This document shows, piece by piece, positions 20,205 to 28,381 of a DNA stretch of 64,000 nt; position 1 is the stretch's first letter, and the number at the start of each line of letters is the position of its first letter. The position numbers were made by a program, and so were the translations under genes. This DNA is from Patescibacteria group bacterium (GTDB lineage Bacteria > Patescibacteriota > Doudnabacteria > UBA920 > O2-02-FULL-48-8): assembly GCA_036278915.1 (NCBI GenBank), contig DASUKB010000001.1, forward strand, positions 301,186 through 365,185. Reading direction: 5' to 3'. The notes under the pieces were generated by a model. The model had not been told where the DNA came from. It saw nothing but the letters and a program-made list of their open reading frames with translations, and made no database searches.

Positions 20205-20240
20205 CCCAGTATCTTTACAGACCCTGGGTCATTTATTTTT
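20202..20240 (+). terminator. Intrinsic terminator on the + strand
   Basis: TGACCCAG-loop-CTGGGTCA followed by tttattttt. Confidence 0.55.
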
Positions 20241-20985
20241 CCAAAAGTTTTTTGAGATATAAGGCATTATCGGCTGCGTAAGCATTGGCATCGTTATTGA
20301 AATAACAAAAAAGTTCTTTTGGCTTTAGATTTTTCAAAATTTTTGCCCAATCGCACAGCTCTTTATCCGTATAGTTTGATGCAAAAAGTTTGGTACGTCC
20401 ATGAAATCTCATGTAAACAAAATCAGCCGTACGAATAATCTTCGATGGCCACACAGGTGAATTGGTAATAACAAATGCCACTTTCCATTTTCGCAAAAAA
20501 ACATAAACCTCATCTTCAAACCAGCTTGGGTGCCGGAATTCGCAAGCCAATTTAAATTTAAGTTTATGCCTCTTTTCTAAGTCTCTGATTTGTTGGAACA
20601 AAAATTCTAGTCGATCTAGGTGTTTGCGGAAACTTGGCGGAAATTGGATCAGAATCGGGCCAAGTTTCCGCCCGAGTTTACCTGCATCGGCAAAAAACGC
20701 TTCCAGCGTCTCAATTTCCGTTGGACCAAAATTTAGTTTCTTTATGTGCGTAAACAGTCTATAAAATTTGAGTGTAAACAAAAATTCCGTAGGAGTTTCT
20801 TTTTTCCACTTCTCAAAAGTCGTAACGCGCGCCATATGGTAGAAAGTTGTATTCACCTCTACAGTTTTGAACTTTGACGAGAGGAATTTGAGCCAATTTT
20901 TCTTTGGCAAATCCAGCGGAAAAAACCGCTTGTTCCAGTGTTTGTACTGCCAGCCAGATGTGCCTACGTACGATTTCATAATCAA
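20233..20985 (-). CDS. DUF72 (YecE-like) family protein
   Basis: YVGTSGW.Y..W...FYP, TVE.N.TFY motifs. Confidence 0.75.
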   Translation of the reverse strand: MIMKSYVGTSGWQYKHWNKRFFPLDLPKKNWLKFLSSKFKTVEVNTTFYHMARVTTFEKWKKETPTEFLFTLKFYRLFTHIKKLNFGPTEIETLEAFFADAGKLGRKLGPILIQFPPSFRKHLDRLEFLFQQIRDLEKRHKLKFKLACEFRHPSWFEDEVYVFLRKWKVAFVITNSPVWPSKIIRTADFVYMRFHGRTKLFASNYTDKELCDWAKILKNLKPKELFCYFNNDANAYAADNALYLKKLLEK

Positions 20986-21096
20986 AAATTAATACCCAAA
21001 AAACCTAATTGCAATACGGCCTTTATCCAAAACTCTTGACAAAGCGAAAGCTTTCTGATAAACTCCTTTATTGTGTGCAGGAAAAAGGAGGCAGAA

Positions 21097-21357
21097 TTGG
21101 AAAATCCGTTAGGTAGCCGCAGTGACCACCAGCTCGATGCCGAAATTCGGATGGCAATCGAACTTAGCTCGGAATCCGACAGCGTATACCTGTCCCCATC
21201 CGCATTGGAAGGTCTCATGTCCCGCCCGCGCCGTGATAAGTTGATGGCTGCGTATTGCCTGGGCCGATTGCTGAGCAAACGCAACATCCCTTTTGGCGAT
21301 TTCTTGGTCCGTACGTACCCGATGGGCCAGGACATCCCATGCCGCTACCAAGCCTGA
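21097..21357 (+). CDS. Hypothetical protein (TTG start, GC-rich, strong SD)
   Basis: AAGGAGG at 21084-21090 then TTG; terminator hairpin 21370-21412; local GC well above the window average. Confidence 0.4.
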   Translation: MENPLGSRSDHQLDAEIRMAIELSSESDSVYLSPSALEGLMSRPRRDKLMAAYCLGRLLSKRNIPFGDFLVRTYPMGQDIPCRYQA

Positions 21358-21467
21358 TTCTCCGTTCTACGAAGACCGGACAGCCCCGTTTTAAGAGCTG
21401 CCCGGTCATTTTTTTATGAAATAAAAAAAGCCTGCCCGGAAAGCCGGACAGGCCCGAACGTAGTCCC

Positions 21468-21716
21468 CTACGGAAAATCTTGCGCCTTTTTCATGGGCGC
21501 GTCTCCAGTACCTTGCGGCACCTGAAGTGAGGGCATGAGAGGTCGTTTGCTCACGCCATCGAGGTTGAGGGACGAGCGGCTCACACGTGGCCGCAGGACG
21601 AGACCGACTGCGATCAGATGTTGCGCGACTGCAACCAAGGTGAGGTGCACTCGGGCGGACCACGGAGTCTCGACGTCATGAACGCCTCCGAACGAAACAT
21701 CCTCCATGAAATACAA
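21468..21716 (-). CDS. Hypothetical protein in the GC-rich segment
   Basis: ORF ends just before the terminator hairpin at 21421-21455 (T-run on minus); no recognisable motif. Confidence 0.25.
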   Translation of the reverse strand: MYFMEDVSFGGVHDVETPWSARVHLTLVAVAQHLIAVGLVLRPRVSRSSLNLDGVSKRPLMPSLQVPQGTGDAPMKKAQDFP

Positions 21717-21775
21717 GAGTAAGTCTAGCAGATATTTGCTCCCGTGTCAAGACCTCAGCCAATGAGCGCGCCTTT

Positions 21776-22051
21776 TTAGGCTCTTTCTATAAGTTTAAAG
21801 AACCTGCTGGTTTGGCCATCCGCGGTTTGGTCTTGGTACAAAAAAGCAAGGTTCTTATTATCAAATTCGTCAAAAAATTCATCCCAAGAAATGTCTTCCA
21901 GGCTTTCTTCGGCGTATCCTGGAAAATTAATCCTCAAAATCCCTTCATCCTGACCGGACCCGGTGCCTTTTACTCTGGCCGGCTTACCGTTGCGTTCTTC
22001 GGCCCAACGTTTAATTTCATCATGCTCGGTTGTAGTTTTTGATTCGGACAT
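21776..22051 (-). CDS. Small acidic conserved hypothetical protein (family I recall as common in Actinobacteria/Cyanobacteria)
   Basis: WAEERNGKPA.VKGTG..DEGILRI.FPGY.EESLE.ISWDEFF..F...NLAFLYQD.TADG.TSRF.KL pattern, remembered from a conserved ~90-aa family. Confidence 0.55.
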   Translation of the reverse strand: MSESKTTTEHDEIKRWAEERNGKPARVKGTGSGQDEGILRINFPGYAEESLEDISWDEFFDEFDNKNLAFLYQDQTADGQTSRFFKLIERA

Positions 22052-22236
22052 TATCGTGATTTCCTTTTGGGCACTTTGGCCCCAGCCTTTCGCGCTTCCG
22101 AAAGACCTATCGCTATAGCCTGCTTGCGGCTTTTGACCTTCTTGCCGGAACCGCCGGATTTAAGTTTCCCCTTCTTCATCTCGTGCAGGGCTCTACCGAC
22201 TTTTTTCTGGGCCTTAGGACCGTACTTTCTTGGCAT
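22051..22236 (-). CDS. Small basic conserved hypothetical protein
   Basis: MPRKYGPKAQKKV..A.HEMK.GKLKSG....KV.SRKQAIAIGLSEAR pattern; Lys-rich; start coupled to the upstream gene. Confidence 0.5.
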   Translation of the reverse strand: MPRKYGPKAQKKVGRALHEMKKGKLKSGGSGKKVKSRKQAIAIGLSEARKAGAKVPKRKSR

Positions 22237-22331
22237 AAGTTTTTAATTAATTACATCTATAGTAAACTTGGCAATTACAATCGGCGCAATTGTATTTTTG
22301 CCTAAAATAAGCTAAGATAAACCGTAAACGG

Positions 22332-22406
22332 TGGGGAGTAGCCAAGCGGTAAGGCAATGGACTCTGAATCCATCACGCGAAGGTTCGAATCCTTCCTCCC
22401 CAGCCA
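22332..22406 (+). tRNA. tRNA-Gln (anticodon CTG), CCA encoded
   Basis: Manual cloverleaf: acceptor TGGGGAG/CTCCCCA, D-arm GCC-AGCGGTAA-GGC, anticodon stem ATGGA/TCCAT with loop CTCTGAA, T-arm GAAGG-TTCGAAT-CCTTC, discriminator G. Confidence 0.85.
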
Positions 22407-22546
22407 AAAAAGAACCAATAAAGTTTCAATGAAGGATTCGAACGGGTTGAAGTGAGGCAAGGCTAAAGCCGCAGCCGAACGTCGGCAAAATGTGCTGTGC
22501 ACATTTTGACGCAACCCTGTCGGAGCCGCATAAGCGGCGAAGCGAG

Positions 22547-22569
22547 GATCCTTCCTCCCCAGCCAAAAA
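22547..22569 (+). repeat. Direct repeat of the tRNA-Gln 3' end (atccttcctccccagccaaaaaa), att-like
   Basis: Identical 23-mer at 22389-22411 and 22547-22569, flanking about 135 bp. Confidence 0.6.
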
Positions 22570-22588
22570 ATTAAATTAATCTATTTCT

Positions 22589-22858
22589 ATGTTTGATAAT
22601 CTCAAAGACTTATACAATTTGCGCAAGCAGGCCTCGGAAATGGAAAAGCAGCTCTCGGCCGAGCGCGTGGAAGGCCAGTCCAACAACGGCCTGGTGCGCA
22701 TCGTTATAAACGGCAAACACGATCTGCTGGAAGTACAAATTGCCGATACCCCAAATTATGACCGCAAGACCATGGCTGAAAGCTTCAAGGAAGCCCACGC
22801 TAAGGCATCTGGCGCACTGCAGAAAATTCTGGTAGAAAAATTCAAAGGAATGATATAA
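22589..22858 (+). CDS. YbaB/EbfC family nucleoid-associated protein
   Basis: 89 aa; MFDNLKDLYNL.KQA.EM......E..EG.S..GLV.I..NGK N-terminal pattern. Confidence 0.8.
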   Translation: MFDNLKDLYNLRKQASEMEKQLSAERVEGQSNNGLVRIVINGKHDLLEVQIADTPNYDRKTMAESFKEAHAKASGALQKILVEKFKGMI

Positions 22859-22885
22859 AAAATTCCGCAGAAGCGGAATTTTTAA
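22855..22885 (+). terminator. Intrinsic terminator after the ybaB-like gene
   Basis: aaaaaATTCCGCagaaGCGGAATttttt. Confidence 0.6.
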
Positions 22886-22967
22886 TTTCTAAACCTTAAC
22901 TCCTAATTACTAAACTTTAGAAATTACCTGCCCGACTGCCGTCAGGCGGGCGGGGGTCAATTAGTAA

Positions 22968-23480
22968 TTAGGACTTTTTATATGATTTATAGGTTTCTTC
23001 CAGTTCCTTGATAGCGCTCTCTTTACCCGCAAATCCTTTAATCTCTACTTTTTTGCCCTGTAATGCTTTGTAAGTTTCAAAAAAGTTTTGGATTTCTTTT
23101 GGCGTGTGCTCCGACAAATCTTTAAAGTCACTCACGTTGTTGAAGCGCGGATCTTTGACCGGCACAGCAAGAATTTTGTTGTCTACTTCGCCGGAATCCA
23201 CCATTTCCATTATCCCGATCGGCCTAGCCACTACAATAGTTGCGGAAGGAATCGGATTGGTTGAGAAAAGCAGCACATCCGTGTGGTCGCCGTCAGCTGC
23301 ACGAGTCTCCGGCACAAAGCCATAGTTTGCCGGGTATCTTTGGGCGCCGTAAAGCACGCGGTCTAATTTTATAACGTCCAGTTCTTCGTCATATTCGTAC
23401 TTGTCTTGGCTTCCTTGCGGAATCTCAATTACTACATTGAATTCTTCCGCGGTTCCAAAAGGTAATTCTTTTATATTCAT
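22968..23480 (-). CDS. ppa: Inorganic pyrophosphatase
   Basis: Family I PPase motifs (YP.NYGF.P.T...DGD..DVL); 170 aa. Confidence 0.9.
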   Translation of the reverse strand: MNIKELPFGTAEEFNVVIEIPQGSQDKYEYDEELDVIKLDRVLYGAQRYPANYGFVPETRAADGDHTDVLLFSTNPIPSATIVVARPIGIMEMVDSGEVDNKILAVPVKDPRFNNVSDFKDLSEHTPKEIQNFFETYKALQGKKVEIKGFAGKESAIKELEETYKSYKKS

Positions 23481-23535
23481 ATGTCTTGGTTAATGCTTGA
23501 GTATTATAATCAAAATTCGGCACCTTGCAAAGGCC

Positions 23536-23565
23536 GTTGACGATTAAGTCGTTATATGCTAAACT
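23536..23565 (+). promoter_or_regulatory. Sigma70-like promoter TTGACG-N17-TAAACT
   Basis: ttgacgattaagtcgttatatgctaaact; no CDS downstream on the + strand. Confidence 0.45.
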
Positions 23566-23786
23566 AGGCATACATCGGGCGTTCGCAGGAGGAGATTGTG
23601 TGTGCAGGCACGTCGTGTGCCAACGTATGGATGGTGCCGCACGACCACTGCGGCAGCGTTGCTGGTGCCTAGATCCACGGCCAGACCGGGCGGGAAATTC
23701 CATCCCCGCTGCCCGTAGCTGCATAAAAGCTGCACACCTTCGTTCCCTTTTGAGCCTAGAATCTAAAATTCTGGGCTCTTTTTTAT
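23566..23786 (+). ncRNA. Candidate small RNA (~215 nt, GC-rich) between the promoter and a strong terminator
   Basis: Promoter upstream; several perfect internal hairpins (GGCACgtcgtGTGCC etc.); terminator GAGCCtAGAAT-ctaaa-ATTCTgGGCTC + tttttt; only junk ORFs. Confidence 0.35.
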
Positions 23787-24913
23787 GCCACGGATTCTAT
23801 AATCCCGCCTCCGAGCAGCTCGTCACCATCATAAATGACTGCAGCCTGGCCGGGCGTAATCGCGCGCTGCGGCTCATCAAACTTAATTCGTAGTTTTTCT
23901 TTTGTAACCCGTCCAATGTTCGCAGGATAATCAGGATGATGATATCGGATGGAAACACCGGTGTTCAACGGTAGTTTAGGTTCTTCATTTGTCCAGGTGA
24001 CGCCAGTTATCGTAAACTCTTTTTTCCAAAGCAAGGGATCTGCTTTGTCATTGGTCACGATCAATTTATTTGCGGCGAAATCTTTGCCTGCCACGTAGTA
24101 AGGGCCGCTCCCGCCCAAACCTATACCTTCTCGTTGGCCGATCGTATAAAATGGCAGGCCGGTATGGCTTCCTAGCAGCTGACCGCTAGTGGTGACGATT
24201 TCTCCGGCGTGGGCTTTGACGTGCTCCTTCAAAAATTCCGTGACATTTATCTTGCCTATGAAGCAAATGCCCTGCGAATCTTTTTTGGCGGCATTGGGCA
24301 AATGGAATGCGGCAGCCAGCTTCCGGACTTCCGATTTCGGCAAGTGGCCAATTGGAAACAAAATTCTAGATAACTGCTTTTGGGTCAGCGTGTATAGAAA
24401 ATAGCTTTGGTCCTTTGCAGGATCAATCCCTTTGAGCAACATATAATTAACACGTACATTTTTTCCCTCTCCCCTTGCGGGAGAGGGTGGCCGAAGGTCG
24501 GGTGAGGGGGTACCTTTTATTCTGGCATAATGCCCGGTGGCCACAAAGTCTGCACCAAGTTCCAAGGCTTTATCTAAAAATACCTTAAATTTGATTTCGG
24601 AATTGCACATTACGTCCGGGTTGGGTGTGCGGCCGGCCTCGTACTCGCGTAAAAAATATTCCACCACTGAATCGTAATATTCTTTTTCAAAATTCCAGAC
24701 GTAAAAAGGAATCCCCAATTGAATCGCAACCTTGCGCGCGTCTTCGGCATCTTCAGCCCATGTACAGCCGTAATTGCCAAAATTCTCTGACCAGTTCTTC
24801 ATAAACACGCCCACGACATCAAAGCCCTGCTTTTGGAGCAGGGCTGCGGTGACGGACGAGTCTACCCCTCCCGACATGCCCACAACAACTGTCTTTTTTC
24901 TTATCTTTGACAT
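23783..24913 (-). CDS. mnmA: tRNA-specific 2-thiouridylase MnmA, carrying an ~18-aa in-frame insertion encoded by a repeat element. Start at internal Met MSKIRKK; the 34-aa ORF extension is judged spurious
   Basis: VVGMSGGVDSSV PP-loop, ATGHYAR, KDQSYFLY, C-terminal PGQAAV.YDG motifs. Confidence 0.85.
   Translation of the reverse strand: MSKIRKKTVVVGMSGGVDSSVTAALLQKQGFDVVGVFMKNWSENFGNYGCTWAEDAEDARKVAIQLGIPFYVWNFEKEYYDSVVEYFLREYEAGRTPNPDVMCNSEIKFKVFLDKALELGADFVATGHYARIKGTPSPDLRPPSPARGEGKNVRVNYMLLKGIDPAKDQSYFLYTLTQKQLSRILFPIGHLPKSEVRKLAAAFHLPNAAKKDSQGICFIGKINVTEFLKEHVKAHAGEIVTTSGQLLGSHTGLPFYTIGQREGIGLGGSGPYYVAGKDFAANKLIVTNDKADPLLWKKEFTITGVTWTNEEPKLPLNTGVSIRYHHPDYPANIGRVTKEKLRIKFDEPQRAITPGQAAVIYDGDELLGGGIIESVA
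24462..24520. repeat. GC-rich palindromic repeat element (copy A), in-frame inside mnmA
   Basis: CCCTCTCCCCttgcGGGAGAGGG...TCGGGTGAGGGGGTA; related copies at 32117-32180 and 35131-35185. Confidence 0.5.
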
Positions 24914-25086
24914 CAAGCAATTATACTTAATTCTTATGAATACAACAAGGCAGGAGGTTACAGAAGCGAGCCCTGGCGGCAAACTAACTTGCGGACCGCG
25001 ACCCGGCGGGAGCAAGTAGGCCGAAAATTCAGCAGAATTTTACGGCCGGTAGTTTGCCGATTCAGAGCGAGCTTCATTTAAATTAA

Positions 25087-26937
25087 TTAAAATTTAACTG
25101 TATCGCCAGGAGCGAGCGAGCCTGTCTGCGGTTCTTCTTTATGCAGGCGCTTAATTTCTTTGGGAATTTCCGCCGGTGCCGGTGGGGTGAGCTCCACTTC
25201 ATCTGCTACTTTTGGGATCGGTTCCGAGGCCGCTACAACTTTAGGAGTTTGTTTGAGCCTATCTTGGATGTTGTGGCTTAAGTTTTCCAAAGCCTTGGTG
25301 TTTTCCTCCATTCGTTCCTTAAGTTTTTCTGCGGAAAGCTTGTTGGCTGTGTCCCAGACCGGATTCTCTCGGCGTGGTTTGTCTCCAGCGCGCCTGCCAG
25401 GATTATTTGTCGCCGGTTGAGCGCGGCGTTCCAGTTCCAGTCGTTTGGGATTTTGACGGTGTTCTTTCGGATCGTAAATTTTTACTGGAGGCTTTCGTTC
25501 CGGACTTCTGGCGCTCCTAGGCGCAAGCGGCGCAGCTGCGCGAATTGCGGCCGAGGGTCCGGTGGTGGTGCGATGCTCGAAGCGCAAATTTTCTTGCATA
25601 TCCTCGGCTTCGGCTGATTCGGATTCAATTTTAGCAGCTTCTGCGTGGAACTCGGCACCCATCCACTTGTTGATTTTTTCTTCCACAATTGCCCGCTGTG
25701 TGCCGTAGCGTTCGCGCGACACGGCTATAACTTTTTGTTCGTTTCCCGTGCGTTCATGTATAGGCGCCAGTGTCTGCGCTGAGAACGGATTTGAAGTCAC
25801 CCCATTGATAAGCAATTTCAAATATATAGAATATTGAGACAAATTTACGAGATCATTCATGGTGTACGTCGGCTCAAATTCCTTTTCCAAGAATTCGGCG
25901 TCGTCCGCGCCGACGCGGAAGATGATCATAGTGCCTACGTTACCAAAAATTGCGTCGCGCACGATGGTGTTGCGATCATGCACGAGTTGGCCAATGTACT
26001 GGTGTGCGACTATAAGGTTGAGCCGAAATTTACGCGCTTCGGAGAGAATGTTGGCAAATGATTCCGTGGCAAAGTTTTGGAATTCATCAACATAAAGATA
26101 AAAATCCGCGCGCTCTTCTTCTGGTATGTCCACTCGGCTCATGGCCGCAAGCTGCAATCTGGTGATAATCATAGCGCCCAAAAGCGCGGATGCATCCTCG
26201 CCAATGCGTCCCTTAGACAGGTTCACGAGCAGAATTTTTTTGTTATCCATAATCTCGCGCAGATCAATGGCGCTTTTTGTCTGCCCGACGATGTTGCGGA
26301 TAATTGCCGAAGACAAAAATTGCCCGACTTTGTTTTGGATTGGCGCCACGGCCTCGCTTCGGAACTTGTCCTGGTAGTTGGCAAACTCGTCGCGCCAGAA
26401 CGACTTCACCACCGGGTCTTTGATATTATCCACAATGCGCTTGCGGTAGTTTTTGTCCACATACATGCGTGCAATGCCAAGCATTGTATTGCCGGGCGAG
26501 TCCAGCAAGGCCAATATCGTATTGGCCAAAATGTATTCCATACGCGCGCTCCACACACCAGCCCAGATTTTGGTGAATACGCCCATAAGTCCCGACGCCA
26601 CCAAGTGCTTGTATTTTTCATCCACGGTCTCAAGCGGATTGAACGCAATCGGGTACTCCATATCCGCGGGGTTAAAGTAAATGACGTCATTAACGCGGTT
26701 GGACGGAATAAAGTCCAGAATTTTTTCCACGGAATCGCCGTGCGGATCCACAAACGCCACGCCGTGGCCGTTGCGGATATCTTGGATGACCATGTTTTCT
26801 ATAAGAGTTGTTTTGCCCATGCCGGATTTGCCCATTACGTACATATGGCGGCGGCGGTCTTCGCGCTTAATGCCAAAAGGCACTTCGCGGTTGCGGAAGT
26901 TAGTTTTGGCAAAAATAGTTATATCGTTTTGTTCCAT
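25087..26937 (-). CDS. VirD4/TraG/TraD-like (type IV coupling protein family) P-loop ATPase, cytoplasmic, with long disordered Lys/Glu/Pro/Arg-rich C-terminal tail
   Basis: Walker A GKSGMGKTT, Walker B-like YVDEFQNF, AHQYIGQL motif; no TM segment; C-terminal ~170 aa low complexity. Confidence 0.6.
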   Translation of the reverse strand: MEQNDITIFAKTNFRNREVPFGIKREDRRRHMYVMGKSGMGKTTLIENMVIQDIRNGHGVAFVDPHGDSVEKILDFIPSNRVNDVIYFNPADMEYPIAFNPLETVDEKYKHLVASGLMGVFTKIWAGVWSARMEYILANTILALLDSPGNTMLGIARMYVDKNYRKRIVDNIKDPVVKSFWRDEFANYQDKFRSEAVAPIQNKVGQFLSSAIIRNIVGQTKSAIDLREIMDNKKILLVNLSKGRIGEDASALLGAMIITRLQLAAMSRVDIPEEERADFYLYVDEFQNFATESFANILSEARKFRLNLIVAHQYIGQLVHDRNTIVRDAIFGNVGTMIIFRVGADDAEFLEKEFEPTYTMNDLVNLSQYSIYLKLLINGVTSNPFSAQTLAPIHERTGNEQKVIAVSRERYGTQRAIVEEKINKWMGAEFHAEAAKIESESAEAEDMQENLRFEHRTTTGPSAAIRAAAPLAPRSARSPERKPPVKIYDPKEHRQNPKRLELERRAQPATNNPGRRAGDKPRRENPVWDTANKLSAEKLKERMEENTKALENLSHNIQDRLKQTPKVVAASEPIPKVADEVELTPPAPAEIPKEIKRLHKEEPQTGSLAPGDTVKF

Positions 26938-27049
26938 AATCCTACAGTTCTACGAACTTACGAAATTGCGAACCTACAACAGTCCGTCCGCCTGCCATGA
27001 CTGGCAATGTCGGGCAGGTAGGTTCCTTTTTTCGTACTTTCGTGGATTA

Positions 27050-28369
27050 TTATCCAACGGGTAAATTACTTGGCGGTGCGCTCTTCACGGTCTGCACGCG
27101 TTCCACCTGCGAAATGCGCACATTCGGCGCCTGCGGGAAGTGATAAAGCGTGGCCAGCTCTTCGGTGTTCATGTAAAATTGTCCGGAACCCTTCCACGCG
27201 TCACGGCCTATGAAGTTGGCTAGGAAGTGCCGTTTGCGTGTGAGGGTACGCTTGCGCAATATCGGCTGTTCCAGGGTTTGCGAAAGCTTAAACGATGCGT
27301 CAGTCCAACTATGGGTCAAGTCCGGTTTAAGTCCATTAATGGAACGGTCTCCGAAATGCCGGTAAGCTCCAATAAGTTCGGAAATGCGCAGGGCTTTGTT
27401 CAGTCGGCCTTTGGGAGTTAAGTACAATAATCGGATATGCGTTTCATAATTAAGCTTGGACATGGAATGCTCTAAAGCGGCTATAACCTGTTTTTCACCT
27501 TCTGACAAATACTGCATCAAGCTCGGCGGCGCTTCTTTTTCCATCTTTTTCTCGTGTTCGGCTGGGCCGGCAAAGAGCGCAAATAACCCGTCAAAAATCG
27601 CGTTTATGGGTCCCACTAAAATCATCTCAAATAAACCGGGCGGTTTATGCTTTTCTGGCGCACCCTTAAGTTTTTGTAAAATATGATCTGCTTCTTTTTT
27701 CCAATCCTCGGTTACGGGCTTTATCACTATCTGCGAAGCCAGAAGTTCATACGGCTCGATGTTGGACATTGCTTCTATAACACCTGCCAGCGGATCGATA
27801 AATGTGTCCTGCTCTTTGTGCTCAAATCCCGGGTAAGTCTTTATGGGAAACGCGCTTTGAGTGCCCTGCTTGATCTTATTCAGCTGGGTGCCCCAAAAAT
27901 CAAAGTCCGCGGTTTCTGGGTCGTAGTGGTGGCGCGGCAAATTTTTGAGATAATCCTCTACTTCGTAGATCTCGGCTTTAGGATACTGGGCAAAAATCGC
28001 GGATTCAAGCAAAGTCCGGTATCGTTCAGGTAAACGGAAAATATACGAAACTCGTCCGCCCAAAGACACGATTTCGCACGAAATAGACAGGACAATTTTA
28101 CCTGCGAACTGTTCGCCCCAACTGGCGCCTGAATGCATGGCGTGGAGAGAGGTAAAAATCTGCTCCATGGCGAAAGGACTCCGCTCGTTGAGTTCGTCAA
28201 TTTTAACCTCCAGCAAAATCCATTTGATGGCCGAGGCGTATTTTTCGATATTGGAAAGCTTCTTGACCTGGTACAGCAGCCAGATGAGCGCGCCAACAAA
28301 AAAGATCCAACCATAAAAGTCAATCAAAATTACGCCCATATAATGCAGGAGGTCTGTCAACATATTCAT
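27050..28369 (-). CDS. Membrane-anchored hypothetical protein (N-terminal TM + ~400-aa domain) encoded just upstream of the ATPase
   Basis: One N-terminal TM helix; no recognisable motif; 112-bp gap to the ATPase gene, same strand. Confidence 0.5.
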   Translation of the reverse strand: MNMLTDLLHYMGVILIDFYGWIFFVGALIWLLYQVKKLSNIEKYASAIKWILLEVKIDELNERSPFAMEQIFTSLHAMHSGASWGEQFAGKIVLSISCEIVSLGGRVSYIFRLPERYRTLLESAIFAQYPKAEIYEVEDYLKNLPRHHYDPETADFDFWGTQLNKIKQGTQSAFPIKTYPGFEHKEQDTFIDPLAGVIEAMSNIEPYELLASQIVIKPVTEDWKKEADHILQKLKGAPEKHKPPGLFEMILVGPINAIFDGLFALFAGPAEHEKKMEKEAPPSLMQYLSEGEKQVIAALEHSMSKLNYETHIRLLYLTPKGRLNKALRISELIGAYRHFGDRSINGLKPDLTHSWTDASFKLSQTLEQPILRKRTLTRKRHFLANFIGRDAWKGSGQFYMNTEELATLYHFPQAPNVRISQVERVQTVKSAPPSNLPVG

Positions 28370-28381
28370 AGAAATTTTAAA

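Noticed and set aside
20982-21335. 117-aa minus-strand ORF opposite 21097..21357
   Set aside because: Overlaps the DUF72 gene start. The + strand ORF has an SD and a terminator, so the + reading is preferred. The minus ORF is Ser/Arg-rich with no motifs.
22412-22546. Possible second tRNA or tmRNA between the tRNA-Gln 3' repeats (GGATTCGAAC-like segment)
   Set aside because: No complementary T-stem or acceptor stem could be built on either strand. Interpreted as degenerate tRNA-derived or att remnant sequence.
23566-23786. tmRNA or SRP RNA identity for the candidate sRNA
   Set aside because: No tRNA-like T-arm (GGTTCGA.TCC) or acceptor pairing. No SRP domain IV GGAA-GGAAGCAG motif. An in-frame ...PVAA* reading was found but lacks tmRNA context.
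23783-25015. 410-aa version of mnmA with N-terminal extension
   Set aside because: The conserved PP-loop N-terminus MSKIRKK.VVVGMSGGVDSS starts at 24913. The extension has no homology.
26077-27000. 307-aa + strand ORF and other + ORFs (25160..26061, 26126..27064)
   Set aside because: Antisense to the well-supported VirD4-like ATPase gene; no motifs.
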